Shown piece by piece: positions 19,161 to 30,186 of a DNA stretch of 64,000 nucleotides. The notes beneath the pieces are model-generated. The model was given only the letters and a program-made list of their open reading frames with translations. It made no database searches and had not been told where the DNA came from. Positions within the stretch are counted from its first letter, which is position 1. The number at the start of each line of letters is the position of its first letter. A program made the translations under genes and the position numbers. The DNA comes from Myxococcales bacterium. GTDB lineage: Bacteria > Desulfobacterota > Binatia > HRBIN30. The DNA lies in NCBI GenBank assembly GCA_037445065.1, contig JBBILD010000019.1:1-64000 (forward strand), read 5' to 3'.

Positions 19161-22100
19161 CTAACTGGCCTGCGGTTTTGCTCCCGGCATCGCCTCGGTA
19201 GCGCTCTCGGCGTCCTCGATCGGCACGCCCAGTTCCGTGCTAACCGCTTTGAGCAAGGTGGCGGGAGTGAGCGTTCCTTCTCGTGCGGCACGCTGTGCTG
19301 TTTGCCGGAACTCGGAGACCTTTTGTGGCGGAGGTAGGAGGACGGCCAGTGGCAAGCGCGCTGTTTTCTCATCGCTGCGGAGTCGGCTCACCAACCGCAG
19401 GCCCTCGGCACGAGGGAGGGACAGATCAACCAGGACGACGTCCGGTTGGATCAGTGGCAGGAGATCGAGAACTTGCCGCAAATCGAGCGCGACGGACGTC
19501 GAGCAACGCACCCGGTTCAGTTCTGTGCGCAACTGGCTGGTCATCTCGATGTCGTTGCTCGCCACCAAGACCTTGTGCACCGCTCCCAGGTTTCCCATGA
19601 GCCAAGCGGCACAGGTGCTCGGTTCCAGGGGAGCGGGAAAGAACGTTGCGGGCCCGAAGAAAAAGCCGAATTTCCCTTCGGCACAATAGGCGAAAACGTG
19701 ACGCGTCGGGTCGTCCGCACTGGCGTGGGTAATCGCGGCAATCGGGTCATGGGCCCGGTTCAATAAGTTCACGACCAGCACCAGCGGCGCGACCCTGTCG
19801 AGCTGCTGGACGTCAAGCGTATTCCAGTAGCGGCTGTTGGGGATGGATTTCGCCAGTCGCTGGATGGCCTCGCGGTATTCTCTGCTCTCCTCCAAATGTA
19901 CGATGGTGGCTCCGTCGAGAACCAGAGCCGGCTTGGCCTTGGCGGGCGCGGGAACGCTACTGTCCGCAAATCGCAGCTGCACCACTGGCTTCGTTTCCCG
20001 TTCCGGTGATTCCTTGGTAGCGGCTTTGCTTCGGCTCGACCCGACCGTGCGTCTGAGTTCGTCGAGCTGGCTACTCAGGGCGTTGCGTTCGTCGCGCTCT
20101 TGGTCGAGTTTGAGTTGGAGTTCCTCGTACATTTGCTGCATGGCGGTCAGCTCCGCGCGCAACTGTTGGATCTCCGCCTCTTTCTGCTGCAGTGCCTCGG
20201 CGCGTTGGTTCAGCTCCAACATGTAGTTGGCGACCACGGCTGAGTGATTTTGCGTGGCTTCGGCACGCAGCCGCTCTAACTCCTCCACGCGCGCTTCCAG
20301 GCGTGCGATTTCTGCCTTGTGCCGGCGCAGCTCTTCGGGCGATAGCCTTTCCCGCCGCAACCGATCGCACTCCCGCTCGAGCTGGGTGCTCAGCGTCTCG
20401 AGTTCCGCGACCCGCAGGGCAAGGGAGCTACGCTCGGCGGCCAGTTCCTCAATCCGGGCGTTCAGCCCCGCCTGCGCTTGGAGGGCAGCTACCCGCTGTT
20501 CTTCCCGTTCCTGCCCGAGCTGCCGGATCACTGCCGAGAGTTTTTCTACTTGCGCGCGCAGTTCCGTGCGCTCCCGCTCGAGTTCCACCAGATCGAACGA
20601 GGCGGCGGGTCCCCTTCTTTCCTTTGCTCGAGCGACCTCTTGCTGAAGTTGGGTGACCTGGGCGGTGAGCTGTGCCTGCTGTGCGCGCGCGGCCTCGAGT
20701 GCGTCGCGCAGGGAGGTTCGTTCCGAATCGAGCTGCTGGCGCACCGCCGCGAACTCGCGCTGCTGGTGGAGCAAGAGCGCTTGCAGTTGCTCGGCCTTGC
20801 GCGCCGCCTCCGTGCCTGCGCGCACTGCCTGTTCCCGCTCTTGCAGCAAGCGATCGAGCTGCAACTCGAGTTCTTGTTGCGCGCGGCGGAGGGCGTCATT
20901 CTCGTTTGCGAGCACCTCTTGGCCTTGTAAGATGCTGACGGCTTGTTCCTGCAGCGCTTCCCATTGGCGTTTCGCTTCGGCGGCAATTTCTTCCGCCGCA
21001 CCGCGCGCCTCACGCTCGCGTTGCACCTGTTCCCGCACTTGTGTGACTTCGAAGCGCAAGTGTCCGACTTCTTCCTCCCGGGAAGCTAGGCGTGCTTCGA
21101 GTTCGCGCTCCCTCTCAGCGTACTCGGCGATGCGCAAGGCCAGCTCTTGGCTGGTGTCTTGGGCTCGAGCCAGTTCTTCTTCCAAGGCGGCAATTCGCTG
21201 TTGGAACTGAGCAGTTGCCGAACCGATGGTTTCACAAAGGCTGGCATACTCTTCCTGCAAAGAGGAAAGTCTGTTCGATACCTCTAGGAACTCTGCCTGC
21301 AGCGCCTGCTGCCTTTCCTCGGCAGCGAGGCGCGCTTGCTGGCTGGCTTCTAGAGATTCGCGCAGCTCGAGCAGATCCCTGTCGCGTTGGGCGAGGGTGC
21401 CCTGGAGAGACTCTATGGTTGCGGCGGCGCGGTCCCGGTGTGCGAAAAGCTCCGCTTCGAGCGAGTGCAGTCGCTCGCGGGCCTCAGCTGCAGCGGCTGC
21501 CTCTCGGGTGAGGGATTGCTGGAACGAATCTCGCTCGGCCTGGAGCGTCTCCATTGCGCGGGCGAGTTCCGAACAAGCCTCCCACAACTGACCGAGAGCG
21601 CGAACTTGCTCGGCGAGGCGGCCAGCGAGGCCCACGCGTTCACACTCGCGCCAGCGGATCGCGTCCTCGTAGGCCGTTCGCTGCGCCTCGAGCCAGTGCT
21701 GCGCATCGCGGAGCTGCGCTTCGAGCTGCTCGCGGGCAGCGGCAGCTTGCGCCGCATGAAGGCCCTGGACGTGGAGCAAAACCGTACTTTGTTCCAGCCG
21801 CCGCCTGCTCTCGGCAAGCAAAGCCTGCAGGTGTAGGCAGGAACGTTCGAGGTGGCCGCGCTCGTCCAGTAGGCTTAAGACCTGCTCGTTGTGGCGGAGC
21901 AGTTGGTCCGAGTACGCGCGGCTCGCTAGAGCCAGTTCGGCGCGTGCCGAGGCCAGGAGGGTGCGTGCGGATTCGAGCTGCGCGCGCGCTTGCTGTGCCG
22001 CTTGGCGGTGCGCCTCAGAATCATGCCGCAGTTGCTCGAGCGCTTCTTCTAGCTCGGAGCGACTCCGGGAAACCTCGGCGAGTGCGGCCTCGAGGTCGGC

Positions 22101-23324
22101 GGTCCGGCGTGCCGCGGAGGCAAGGGATTCATCACGCACACACAGCGCTTCCGCCAACTCAGCAATGCGTTGCTCGGCGCGGGCATAATTCGCCCGTAAC
22201 TCGGCGAACTGTTCTTCTGTAGCCCGAAAGCGAGCCTCCAGCTCTGCAATGCGGAGCTGCGCTGCGGCTTCTGCCTCCTCCAACCGGCGCCGCCATTCCT
22301 CTTCCGCAGCAAGCTGCTCTGCTCGCCGCTGCTCGATAAGATGCTCGAGAATCTCCCGTTCGCGCGCCCGCTCCTCTGCCGCGCATTTCAGCTCATGTTC
22401 GAGGCGAGCAATTTCGTCTGCCGCTGACTGCTCGCGCATTTGCACGCTGCACAACGCAGCTCGGGTGCGGTCGATCTCGCGTTCGAGTTCGAGGGTGCGA
22501 TTCTGCGCCTCCTCGAGACTGCGAGCGATCGCGTCTCGCTCTTGTTGCCATTCGGTGCGTTCACGGCCGCGCTGCTCTTCCCACAGCGCGCGCTCAGCGG
22601 CCAGCGCTGCTTCTCGCTCGCGCGCTCGCTCGGCCCAGTGCGCGCAAGCCTCTTCTAATTGGGCGTGTCGCTGGGTTGCCTCGGCGAGGCGCGCTGCCCA
22701 CTCCGCGCGCATGCCCTGGAACTCCTGGAGCTGCTGGCGCGCTTGCAACAGCGCTTGTTCGAGTTCCTGTTGTTGTTGGAAGCTCGCTTCGGCTTGCTGT
22801 TTCCAGTGGAGCACCTGCTCCTGGTCTTGTTGCCGCGCCCGCTCGAGTTCGGCCACCCGCGCCAAGATCGAGTCGAGTTGGTGTTGCGCTCCTTCCCGCT
22901 CTTTCTCGAGGCGCTGCACTTCTGAGGTAAGGACTTCGTTTTCGGTTTCCAAGTCTGCGATGCGGCATTGGGCTGCCTCGACAAGGGAAGCGAGCTCGTG
23001 GTAACGCTGCTGCCAGTGGCTCGCCTGGGCGCGCTGATTCTCGGCGGTGGCCTGCGCCTGGGAGAGTGCTTCCTCGAGCTGGGCTCGCACTTGCTGCGTC
23101 GCTCGTTTGAGCGCTTCCACTTGCGCCTGCGCTTCGCGGAGGCGGGCTTCGGCGAGATGCACCTTTTCCCGGGCGGCGGCTTCCTGCATTTGCAGGCGGC
23201 GCAGCAGGGAGTCTCGCTCCTGGCGGAGCGCGACGACCGTAGACTGGAGAAGGATGACGTCTTCGGGACTCAGGTTGCCGCCACTTGCGGCGGGTGCTGG
23301 TGCGCGCGAGTTTCGCTCGCTCAT
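19161..23324 (-). CDS. Giant coiled-coil protein with C-terminal receiver-like domain(s)
   Basis: About 1080 aa of E/Q/A/R/L heptads, then QPDVVLVDLSLPRAEGLRLVSRLR (REC-like). Last gene of the chemosensory operon. Confidence 0.8.
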   Translation of the reverse strand: MSERNSRAPAPAASGGNLSPEDVILLQSTVVALRQERDSLLRRLQMQEAAAREKVHLAEARLREAQAQVEALKRATQQVRAQLEEALSQAQATAENQRAQASHWQQRYHELASLVEAAQCRIADLETENEVLTSEVQRLEKEREGAQHQLDSILARVAELERARQQDQEQVLHWKQQAEASFQQQQELEQALLQARQQLQEFQGMRAEWAARLAEATQRHAQLEEACAHWAERAREREAALAAERALWEEQRGRERTEWQQERDAIARSLEEAQNRTLELEREIDRTRAALCSVQMREQSAADEIARLEHELKCAAEERAREREILEHLIEQRRAEQLAAEEEWRRRLEEAEAAAQLRIAELEARFRATEEQFAELRANYARAEQRIAELAEALCVRDESLASAARRTADLEAALAEVSRSRSELEEALEQLRHDSEAHRQAAQQARAQLESARTLLASARAELALASRAYSDQLLRHNEQVLSLLDERGHLERSCLHLQALLAESRRRLEQSTVLLHVQGLHAAQAAAAREQLEAQLRDAQHWLEAQRTAYEDAIRWRECERVGLAGRLAEQVRALGQLWEACSELARAMETLQAERDSFQQSLTREAAAAAEARERLHSLEAELFAHRDRAAATIESLQGTLAQRDRDLLELRESLEASQQARLAAEERQQALQAEFLEVSNRLSSLQEEYASLCETIGSATAQFQQRIAALEEELARAQDTSQELALRIAEYAERERELEARLASREEEVGHLRFEVTQVREQVQREREARGAAEEIAAEAKRQWEALQEQAVSILQGQEVLANENDALRRAQQELELQLDRLLQEREQAVRAGTEAARKAEQLQALLLHQQREFAAVRQQLDSERTSLRDALEAARAQQAQLTAQVTQLQQEVARAKERRGPAASFDLVELERERTELRAQVEKLSAVIRQLGQEREEQRVAALQAQAGLNARIEELAAERSSLALRVAELETLSTQLERECDRLRRERLSPEELRRHKAEIARLEARVEELERLRAEATQNHSAVVANYMLELNQRAEALQQKEAEIQQLRAELTAMQQMYEELQLKLDQERDERNALSSQLDELRRTVGSSRSKAATKESPERETKPVVQLRFADSSVPAPAKAKPALVLDGATIVHLEESREYREAIQRLAKSIPNSRYWNTLDVQQLDRVAPLVLVVNLLNRAHDPIAAITHASADDPTRHVFAYCAEGKFGFFFGPATFFPAPLEPSTCAAWLMGNLGAVHKVLVASNDIEMTSQLRTELNRVRCSTSVALDLRQVLDLLPLIQPDVVLVDLSLPRAEGLRLVSRLRSDEKTARLPLAVLLPPPQKVSEFRQTAQRAAREGTLTPATLLKAVSTELGVPIEDAESATEAMPGAKPQAS

Positions 23325-23342
23325 CGGGACCTCATCCTTGGC

Positions 23343-26300
23343 TTAGGAATCGCCTGCCAAATGTGCGGGGAGGATCTCGGGCCCGGCGACCCGCACCATC
23401 TCCTCGATGAGTTGTTCCTTAGTGAAAGGTTTGGTCAGATACCCTTGGGCGCCCACTTCGGCAGCGCGAGTGCGGTGTTTGTCGCTCGAGCGGGAGCTGC
23501 AGACGATGATGGGTAGGTGCTGCAGTGCTGGCTGCCGACGCACCTCGGCGATCAGTTCGTACCCGTGCATCCGGGGCATCTCGAGATCGGTAATGATCAG
23601 GCGAAAACGACCGCTAGCGAGTTTGTCGAGCGCGTCCAAGCCGTCAACAGCGGTGTCGACCTCCCACCCTTCGCTTTGCAAGAAACGGCTGGCCATTTTG
23701 CGCACGCTGATGGAGTCGTCCACCACGAGGATTGCCTCTGGCTGCCGGACCGTGTCTTGCGCCTTGGCCTCCAAAATAAAGGTGGAGGGATGTGCCCCCC
23801 GCTGGTGGAGGAGGTCGAAGAGGTGGCCGACGTGCAACGTGAAGATCACGGTGCCGTCGCCCGAGATGGTGGCGCTCGACAGAAACGGGTGGTGTTCCAG
23901 CAGTGGGCCTAGGGGTTGTAGCACGGCCTCGCGTTGCGGCTCGACCCGATCCACGACCAGAGCCATGAGTTGATCCGCACTGCGCAGGAGCAACCCCATG
24001 GAAGACTCGGCTACCACCGGCTGCCCCACCAGGGCACCCAAGAACAACATTGGCACGAGTTCGTTGCGCACCTGAAGCATGGCCTGGCCGTCCACGGTGA
24101 CGATTTCCTCTGCGCGAACGGCCACGGCTTGTTCCACGTAGTCCGCGCCGATCGCATAGGTCTGCTCACCAACGTGGAGGAGCAGCACTTCGTCTATGCT
24201 GGTGCTGATGGGCAGGAGCAAGCGAATCGTCGTTCCTTCGTAGTCCCGCGATTCCACCTGCAAGCTGCCGTTCAGGGCGGCAATATCGCGCGCCACGACA
24301 TCCATCCCGACGCCGCGGCCGGCAAGATCGGTGACTTGTTCTCCAGTGCTGAACCCGGGCTGAAAGATCAGTGAGAGCAACTGCTCCCGGGTCGGCGAAA
24401 CCCCGGGCGGAATCATCCCGAGACTCCGGCCTTTCGCAAGGATGGCGTCGTAGTTGATCCCGCGCCCGTCGTCACTGACCTCGATGGCGACCGTGTTATG
24501 CCGGGGCTGAGCCGTAATGCGGATTGTGCCAGCGGTCGACTTACCCCGCGCTTGGCGTTCCGCAGGTGGCTCGATGCCGTGAGAGACGGCGTTGCGTACC
24601 AGGTGCAAAAGCGGTGCGTGCAGTGCCTCGACGATCCCTTTATCGAGCTGGACGTCCCCACCCTCGAACACCAGATCCACGATTTTTTCCGCTTGCCGCG
24701 CGGCATTGCGGACGGGGCGACCAAGGCGTCGGAACACCGTATCGAGCGGCACCATCCGCAAGCGAGTGATTTGTCGCTGGAGGGAGGAGGTAATCTTGGA
24801 AAATTGGCGCGAGTCGTCCCCGAACGACTCGATCAAGTTACCGAGCTGCTCTGCGATCTCGCCCGTATCGGTGGCAAGCTCGATCACGCTACGGGCGAGG
24901 ATGTTCACGTCGTCGTATTTGTCGAATTCAAGGTCGGTAAAGAAATCGTCAGGGCGAGCCTCATCCGTGGGAGTAGCCGCATGGAGTGTGGCTTGTGCCC
25001 TGCGGTCGCCAATCGTGTACTCGTAGTGCTCTTGAAAGCCTTGAATCAAATCGGCGAGCCGGCGCCGGCAGTAATCGAGTTTGTCGCGCAGTTCCGCGAA
25101 CGCCTCGATCTTGCGCTCCATGCGCGTGCGGCTGACGACAAGCTGCGTTACTTGGTTCATCAATGTGTCCAGCCGCGAGGCATGAATGCGGACCATGCCC
25201 GATTCCCAATCGGCTTCCGGCCCCGCCTCGGCAGCAGTGGCAGGGTAGGGTTCGGTTGGTGCCTCTGCTGGCGGGGTCGCTTCCGACTCGGCAACCCCGT
25301 GTTCCATGAGCGCGGCAATCTCGGCCCCAAGATCGGCAGGCGGCCGAGTTGGAAGCGCTGCCCCACGCGCACTTTGCGCGGCCAACTTGACTGCGTCTGT
25401 GAGGCGGAAGAGGACGTCTACCAGACGTGTATTGTCGACCCGCAAGGCGCCGTTGAGGACCGCCTCCAGAAGCGACTCGCCTTGGTGCACTTGATCCGCG
25501 ATATGGTCCAATCCGACCGCGGCGGCTGCGCCCTTGAGCGTGTGAAAGCGGCGGAACAAGGCCTGTAGGATTCCGCGATCGGAGGGCTGCCGTTCGAGTT
25601 GCAAGAGCAGGCGTTCGGAGGCTTCCAGCGCCTCGTCGGCATCGAGTGCAAAGGCCTCGAGTAGCTCCGGATCAATTTCTGGCGCCGCAGGAATTGCCGC
25701 CTCTCTAGGTACCTGCGGCGATTCGAACTGCGCGAGTTCGGCATCGGGCGGTGCGAGCTGCGCACTGGTGAAGATGGCGCGGATCGTAGATTGGACGACC
25801 GGCACTGCTTCGTCGGGGAGGGAGCCGGTCTCCGCTGCCTCTCCTAGGGTATCTTGCAAATAGCGGGCAAGATCCGAGAGATCTTGGCGGCCGACCATAG
25901 CCGCGGAGCCCTTGATCGTATGGAACACCCGAGAGAGATCGTAGTACGCACGTTGGCGCTGTGCCGCATCCGCGAGTTGGGCCAGTAAGGCAGGCACTCG
26001 CTGGAGATTTTCACGCAACTCTTCGTGAAACGCCTGCTCCAATTCGGCCAGCCATTCTTCGTCCCCCCCGCGCGAGACGGAACTGCTGTCACCGCCTGCA
26101 GCCCGCGTGGCCTGTGGTTGCCGTTGCGAATCGTGTCCGTGGAGCAAGACCCGCAGCGACTCCGAAAAGCAAAGCGTAAAGGCCGTGAACAGGTTTTCCT
26201 GGATTTCCGGGTTCGCCCCTTGGAGCGCATCGTTCAACATCTGCTCGATGTACGGGAGGGCGGCTGCGAGTTGGCTCCGGAGTTCGCTCAAGAAATCGGT

Positions 26301-26555
26301 GTCCTTCTCCTTTTCTTGCAGGGCAAAGGAAGCCAGGCTTTCGATTCCTGCGCCTGCTTGGCTCAGGTAGGTAAGTCCTACCAAGCCCGCGCTGCCCTTG
26401 AGGGCATGGCCAGCGTCGCGCAAACGTTGAAGCGTTTCCCGCTTCTCAGAACTGCGGTGAAGCCGCTCAAGCGCTTGGCGCATGTCTCTGAGCAGGCGAT
26501 GGACATCGTCGCGGAAAAGATCGCGAATTTCATCCAGGGTGAACCGGTCCGCCAT
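23343..26555 (-). CDS. cheA: Hybrid CheA (ChpA/PilL-type): 3 Hpt, HATPase, CheW, REC
   Basis: HALKGSA, HTIKGSA, HTLKGAA; LEFDKYD; HLVRNAVSHGIE; GRGVGMDVV; C-terminal REC (VDDS, TDLEMP, TKPF). Confidence 0.93.
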   Translation of the reverse strand: MADRFTLDEIRDLFRDDVHRLLRDMRQALERLHRSSEKRETLQRLRDAGHALKGSAGLVGLTYLSQAGAGIESLASFALQEKEKDTDFLSELRSQLAAALPYIEQMLNDALQGANPEIQENLFTAFTLCFSESLRVLLHGHDSQRQPQATRAAGGDSSSVSRGGDEEWLAELEQAFHEELRENLQRVPALLAQLADAAQRQRAYYDLSRVFHTIKGSAAMVGRQDLSDLARYLQDTLGEAAETGSLPDEAVPVVQSTIRAIFTSAQLAPPDAELAQFESPQVPREAAIPAAPEIDPELLEAFALDADEALEASERLLLQLERQPSDRGILQALFRRFHTLKGAAAAVGLDHIADQVHQGESLLEAVLNGALRVDNTRLVDVLFRLTDAVKLAAQSARGAALPTRPPADLGAEIAALMEHGVAESEATPPAEAPTEPYPATAAEAGPEADWESGMVRIHASRLDTLMNQVTQLVVSRTRMERKIEAFAELRDKLDYCRRRLADLIQGFQEHYEYTIGDRRAQATLHAATPTDEARPDDFFTDLEFDKYDDVNILARSVIELATDTGEIAEQLGNLIESFGDDSRQFSKITSSLQRQITRLRMVPLDTVFRRLGRPVRNAARQAEKIVDLVFEGGDVQLDKGIVEALHAPLLHLVRNAVSHGIEPPAERQARGKSTAGTIRITAQPRHNTVAIEVSDDGRGINYDAILAKGRSLGMIPPGVSPTREQLLSLIFQPGFSTGEQVTDLAGRGVGMDVVARDIAALNGSLQVESRDYEGTTIRLLLPISTSIDEVLLLHVGEQTYAIGADYVEQAVAVRAEEIVTVDGQAMLQVRNELVPMLFLGALVGQPVVAESSMGLLLRSADQLMALVVDRVEPQREAVLQPLGPLLEHHPFLSSATISGDGTVIFTLHVGHLFDLLHQRGAHPSTFILEAKAQDTVRQPEAILVVDDSISVRKMASRFLQSEGWEVDTAVDGLDALDKLASGRFRLIITDLEMPRMHGYELIAEVRRQPALQHLPIIVCSSRSSDKHRTRAAEVGAQGYLTKPFTKEQLIEEMVRVAGPEILPAHLAGDS

Positions 26556-26585
26556 GGCTTCCCCCCTACCGCTGCCCACCCAGGA

Positions 26586-29216
26586 TTACGAAAAAACGGC
26601 GGCGCGGCCGTTGCCGCGGCGGGCACTGCCCGCTTCCGCCTCGTCGCCAGCGGCTCCGTCGCTGCCCTCTCCTGTAGAGGCAGCCAGCGTGTCTTCGGTC
26701 CGTTCTTCGGGTACTTCGCTCTCGGGCACTCGGAACAGGCCGATTTGCTCGTTGAGTTGCTTGGCCACCTCGAAGAGGCTGGCAGAGTTTTGCTGGGTGC
26801 GTTCGGAAGCGAGCTCTGCCTGGCGAGCGACTTCGGAAATGCTCTGCATGGCCTCACTGACCTGGCGCGCTGTGGCGGCTTGCTCGTTGGTGGCCTGGGA
26901 GATCTCGCCGATGAGTTCGGCGCTTTGCGCGGACGCCTGCAGAATTTCCTCCAAGCTGCCCCCAGCGTCGAACACGAGTTTCGTTTGCTCTTCGACGTAT
27001 TGTGCCTGCCGCTCGATGTTTCCGACCGCATCGTTGGTTTCTGCTTGGATGGAGGCGATCAACTCGGCAATCTCGCGAGTGGCTGCCTCCGTTTGCTCGG
27101 CGAGTTTGCGGACCTCGTCGGCGACCACGCTGAAACCAAGGCCGTGTTCTCCCGCACGCGACGCTTCGATTGCCGCGTTCAGAGCCAGCATGTTGGTTTG
27201 CGCGGAAATCTTCTGGATCGTGTTCGTGATTGTCGAGATTTCCATCGAACGTTCGCCGAGGCGTTTGATTTTTACCGCTGCGGCCCGCGTGTTTTTCTGC
27301 AGGGCGTCCATGCCTGCAATCACGCGCTTGACGACTTCTCCACCAGCCTGTGCGGCCGCTTCCGTTTTGCGAGCGGCTTCCGCGGCAACCTCGGCGTCCG
27401 TCTGCACGGCCTGGATGCGGTTCGTCATGTTCTGCACGGACTCCGTCGTGTGCAGGATCTCCTGGCTTTGCCGCGCCGCGCCCTGGGCCAGTTGGTCTGC
27501 GGAACTGCGAATCTCGGTGGCAGCGTCGAACACGCGCACCGAGGCGCCGCGCAGGTGCTGAATCAAGGCACCAACGTTCTCGAACATGAGGTTCAAGGCG
27601 TCGGCCAAGTTGCCGAGCGTGCCGCTACCCACCACAGCGCGCTGGGTAAAATCGCCGTCCGCTGCTGCAGCGACCACCATCAGCAAATCGCGAATTTCCT
27701 TTTGCAGGCGGCGATGGTCTTCTTCGGCTTGTACGAGAGCGTCCACCCGCTCGTCCAGGGCCTGGTTCAAACCGGAGGCGAGTAAGCCGAGTTCGTTGCG
27801 GGCGCGCACCTTTGCACGGGCGCGGTAGTTTCCTTGCTGAATCTCCGCCATGACATTGGCGAGGGCACGAACCGGACGAGTGAGACTCGTCGAAAGCAGC
27901 AAAGCAACGAGTACGAACCCGCCGATCAAGGCACCCGACAGACCCATGGTCATCTTCCGCAGTTGCGTAACAGGTTGGAGTGCCTCCTCCTCGCTGATCT
28001 CGGCGACCACCACCCAATCGAGGCCGTGTAGGTTCTCAAGCGGCGCCGACGTGCCTAATACCCGGACTCCGCGGTAGTTCGTGTACTGGCCGGAAAACTC
28101 CGGCTGGCCAGGCTCGAGACGAGTCGCTGGCGTGTCCACCTTGACCTGAAGGACTGCTGTCTGCCGCGCGGCAATGTCCTTGTGGACCGAGCCCAACTCG
28201 CTCAAAAAGCGTGATTCACTGCGCAGCAGGAGATCTTTATCGCCGAGGCCCACCAGGTACGTCTCGCCCGTCTGTCCCAAGCCCGCCCGGGTCCAGTCAT
28301 TGTCGGTGGTCATGATCCCGTTGATCTCGTCGATGTTTAATTGCACGATGAGCACACCGGTCTTTTGCCCGGCCTCGAAAATCGGCGTGCCAGCAAAAGC
28401 GGTGGGTCGGTTGTGTTGCGCGAAGTAGGGGGTGAAGTCGGTAATCAAATAGTCACCTTCGCGTGCCTCGGTTTGTAACCGCTGGAAAAGCTGGCCGAGG
28501 CCGCTTTGTGCCCACCGCCCTTCGCTGAGGTTTACCTGGTAATCGGGGCCTTTGTTCACAGAGTAGACGACCCGAGCCGAGCTGCCGTCTACGAGGTAGA
28601 TGTCCTCGTAACGGAAGCGGACAGCAGTATTGACGAACACCGGATGCCAGACAGCGTGGTAGCCGCTGTAGCGCGTGTTGTCTTTGGCGTTCTCCAGCAG
28701 CAGTTTGCGGGTCGGAGGGTTCGGGTTATTGGCAATGTACTGTCCCTGCAAATAAACGCCCGAGCGGTTGGCGGGTAGCACTTCGGAAAGAGTGAGCAGC
28801 TTGTTTTCGATCTCTTTGCCAAAGAACGTCGTGAAATACTGCTTGATCGCCTCCTGTAAGGGCCGCAGCTTCTCGGCCTCAGTGACCGGGTCAGAGTCCA
28901 ATTCCTTGCTGGAGGCAGCAAACTGCCGCATCGCCAGCGCGGTGCTCGGGTTCTTTGCCAAGCTCAGCACCTGGTCTTCGAGGCCGTTCAGGTAACGCTC
29001 CACCTCGCGCTGCTTGTTGTCGCGGACAGTGGCGAGTTGCCGCAAAGCTTGTTTGCGGAGCGAGTCGGAGGCGATCTCATAGCCGATGTAACCAACGGCT
29101 GCGATGGCCACCACAGCGAGCGGCACAAAGGCGATCAAGAGTTGCCACAGGATCGGAAAGCGAACCCTCGCGCGCTTGCCGGCTTTGCCTTCCTGCGTCT
29201 TGGAATTGGAAGCCAT
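26586..29216 (-). CDS. Methyl-accepting chemotaxis protein (PilJ-like) with large periplasmic Cache-type sensor
   Basis: Two TM segments, HAMP, and signalling hairpin [35 protein letters not shown]. Start at MASNSKT. Confidence 0.93.
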   Translation of the reverse strand: MASNSKTQEGKAGKRARVRFPILWQLLIAFVPLAVVAIAAVGYIGYEIASDSLRKQALRQLATVRDNKQREVERYLNGLEDQVLSLAKNPSTALAMRQFAASSKELDSDPVTEAEKLRPLQEAIKQYFTTFFGKEIENKLLTLSEVLPANRSGVYLQGQYIANNPNPPTRKLLLENAKDNTRYSGYHAVWHPVFVNTAVRFRYEDIYLVDGSSARVVYSVNKGPDYQVNLSEGRWAQSGLGQLFQRLQTEAREGDYLITDFTPYFAQHNRPTAFAGTPIFEAGQKTGVLIVQLNIDEINGIMTTDNDWTRAGLGQTGETYLVGLGDKDLLLRSESRFLSELGSVHKDIAARQTAVLQVKVDTPATRLEPGQPEFSGQYTNYRGVRVLGTSAPLENLHGLDWVVVAEISEEEALQPVTQLRKMTMGLSGALIGGFVLVALLLSTSLTRPVRALANVMAEIQQGNYRARAKVRARNELGLLASGLNQALDERVDALVQAEEDHRRLQKEIRDLLMVVAAAADGDFTQRAVVGSGTLGNLADALNLMFENVGALIQHLRGASVRVFDAATEIRSSADQLAQGAARQSQEILHTTESVQNMTNRIQAVQTDAEVAAEAARKTEAAAQAGGEVVKRVIAGMDALQKNTRAAAVKIKRLGERSMEISTITNTIQKISAQTNMLALNAAIEASRAGEHGLGFSVVADEVRKLAEQTEAATREIAELIASIQAETNDAVGNIERQAQYVEEQTKLVFDAGGSLEEILQASAQSAELIGEISQATNEQAATARQVSEAMQSISEVARQAELASERTQQNSASLFEVAKQLNEQIGLFRVPESEVPEERTEDTLAASTGEGSDGAAGDEAEAGSARRGNGRAAVFS

Positions 29217-29236
29217 TTGGGAACCCTCCCCCTGCT

Positions 29237-29803
29237 TCAGATTTCCGATGGGTATCGCGTCGCCGATGGTTCCGTACGAAAGGCTTCGAAGCCCTTGCGC
29301 ATGTGTTCCACGGCGGCGCGAGTCAGCGAATCTGGATCCAACACGAGTACCTGCCCGGCGGCCGATTCCCACACCCCCTTCACATGCGCCGACAGGCGTT
29401 GCGCCTCGGGTGTTCGGACCTCCTGAGGTGGAATCGGCCTGACTTCGCGAACGCGGTCCACGATGAGTCCCATCTGCACGTTGCCACGTTGCACGACCAG
29501 GATTTGATCCTCGGGGAGTAGCGGTTTCCACTCGAAACCGACGAGCAGATCGAAATATACGAGGGGCAGAACCTCGCCGCGCAAGTTGATGACCCCGGCC
29601 AGGAGCTGCGGTGCGTGAGGCACGGGAGCAGGCAGTTCGTCAATGAGAACCTCGCGCGCTGCCTGGATGGTCAACGCGAACCACTGCCCATGGCGCGTGA
29701 AGAGGCAATGCTCTTGCCCGAGTTGGGCCAGTCGCTCGCTGAGTTGGTCGTTGAGATCAATTTGAGCAGGGATCGGGGTTGGGTTCTCTGCTGCGCGACT
29801 CAT
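29237..29803 (-). CDS. cheW: CheW adaptor (PilI-like)
   Basis: [20 protein letters not shown] and GLIVDRV motifs. Start MSRAAENP overlaps the upstream stop. Confidence 0.92.
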   Translation of the reverse strand: MSRAAENPTPIPAQIDLNDQLSERLAQLGQEHCLFTRHGQWFALTIQAAREVLIDELPAPVPHAPQLLAGVINLRGEVLPLVYFDLLVGFEWKPLLPEDQILVVQRGNVQMGLIVDRVREVRPIPPQEVRTPEAQRLSAHVKGVWESAAGQVLVLDPDSLTRAAVEHMRKGFEAFRTEPSATRYPSEI

Positions 29804-30159
29804 ACGTATTTCCGCACGAGATTCAGCAAATCGCTGGGCGAAAACGGTTTGGTTAGGTAGTCCGCGGCACCTTGTTTCTGTCCCCAAAAGCGATCGCTTT
29901 CGCCGTTCTTGGAGCTCACGATGATGACCGGAATGTGCTTGGTGCTGGGGTCGCGCTTGAGCTGACGGCAGGTGGCGAAGCCGTCCTGCCCGGGCATTAC
30001 AATGTCGAGCAGGATCAAGTCGGGCTGCTCTGCCTTGGCCCGCTCCATCGCCTCCACGCCGTTGCTGGCGCGAATGCACTCGTAGCCAGCCGGCCGCAAG
30101 GTATCCGCCATCAACTGCACGTCGCTGCGAACATCATCCACGATCAAAATCTTCGGCAT
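29800..30159 (-). CDS. Single-domain response regulator (PilH-like)
   Basis: ILIVDD, LLDIVMP, DRFWGQKQGA and YLTKPF, typical of PilH. Confidence 0.92.
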   Translation of the reverse strand: MPKILIVDDVRSDVQLMADTLRPAGYECIRASNGVEAMERAKAEQPDLILLDIVMPGQDGFATCRQLKRDPSTKHIPVIIVSSKNGESDRFWGQKQGAADYLTKPFSPSDLLNLVRKYV

Positions 30160-30186
30160 GGTGCTTCCTTCTCCTCGTTGCAGCTC

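Noticed and set aside
19161..23324. SMC/chromosome-segregation annotation for the coiled-coil protein
   Set aside because: No Walker A/B head or hinge motifs; the similarity would be compositional only.
24498..27785. Long plus-strand ORFs opposite cheA and the MCP
   Set aside because: Antisense shadows in GC-rich coding DNA.
29217..30079. Upstream extensions of the MCP and CheW ORFs in the track
   Set aside because: They overlap the upstream genes; the downstream ATGs at 29216 and 29803 fit better.
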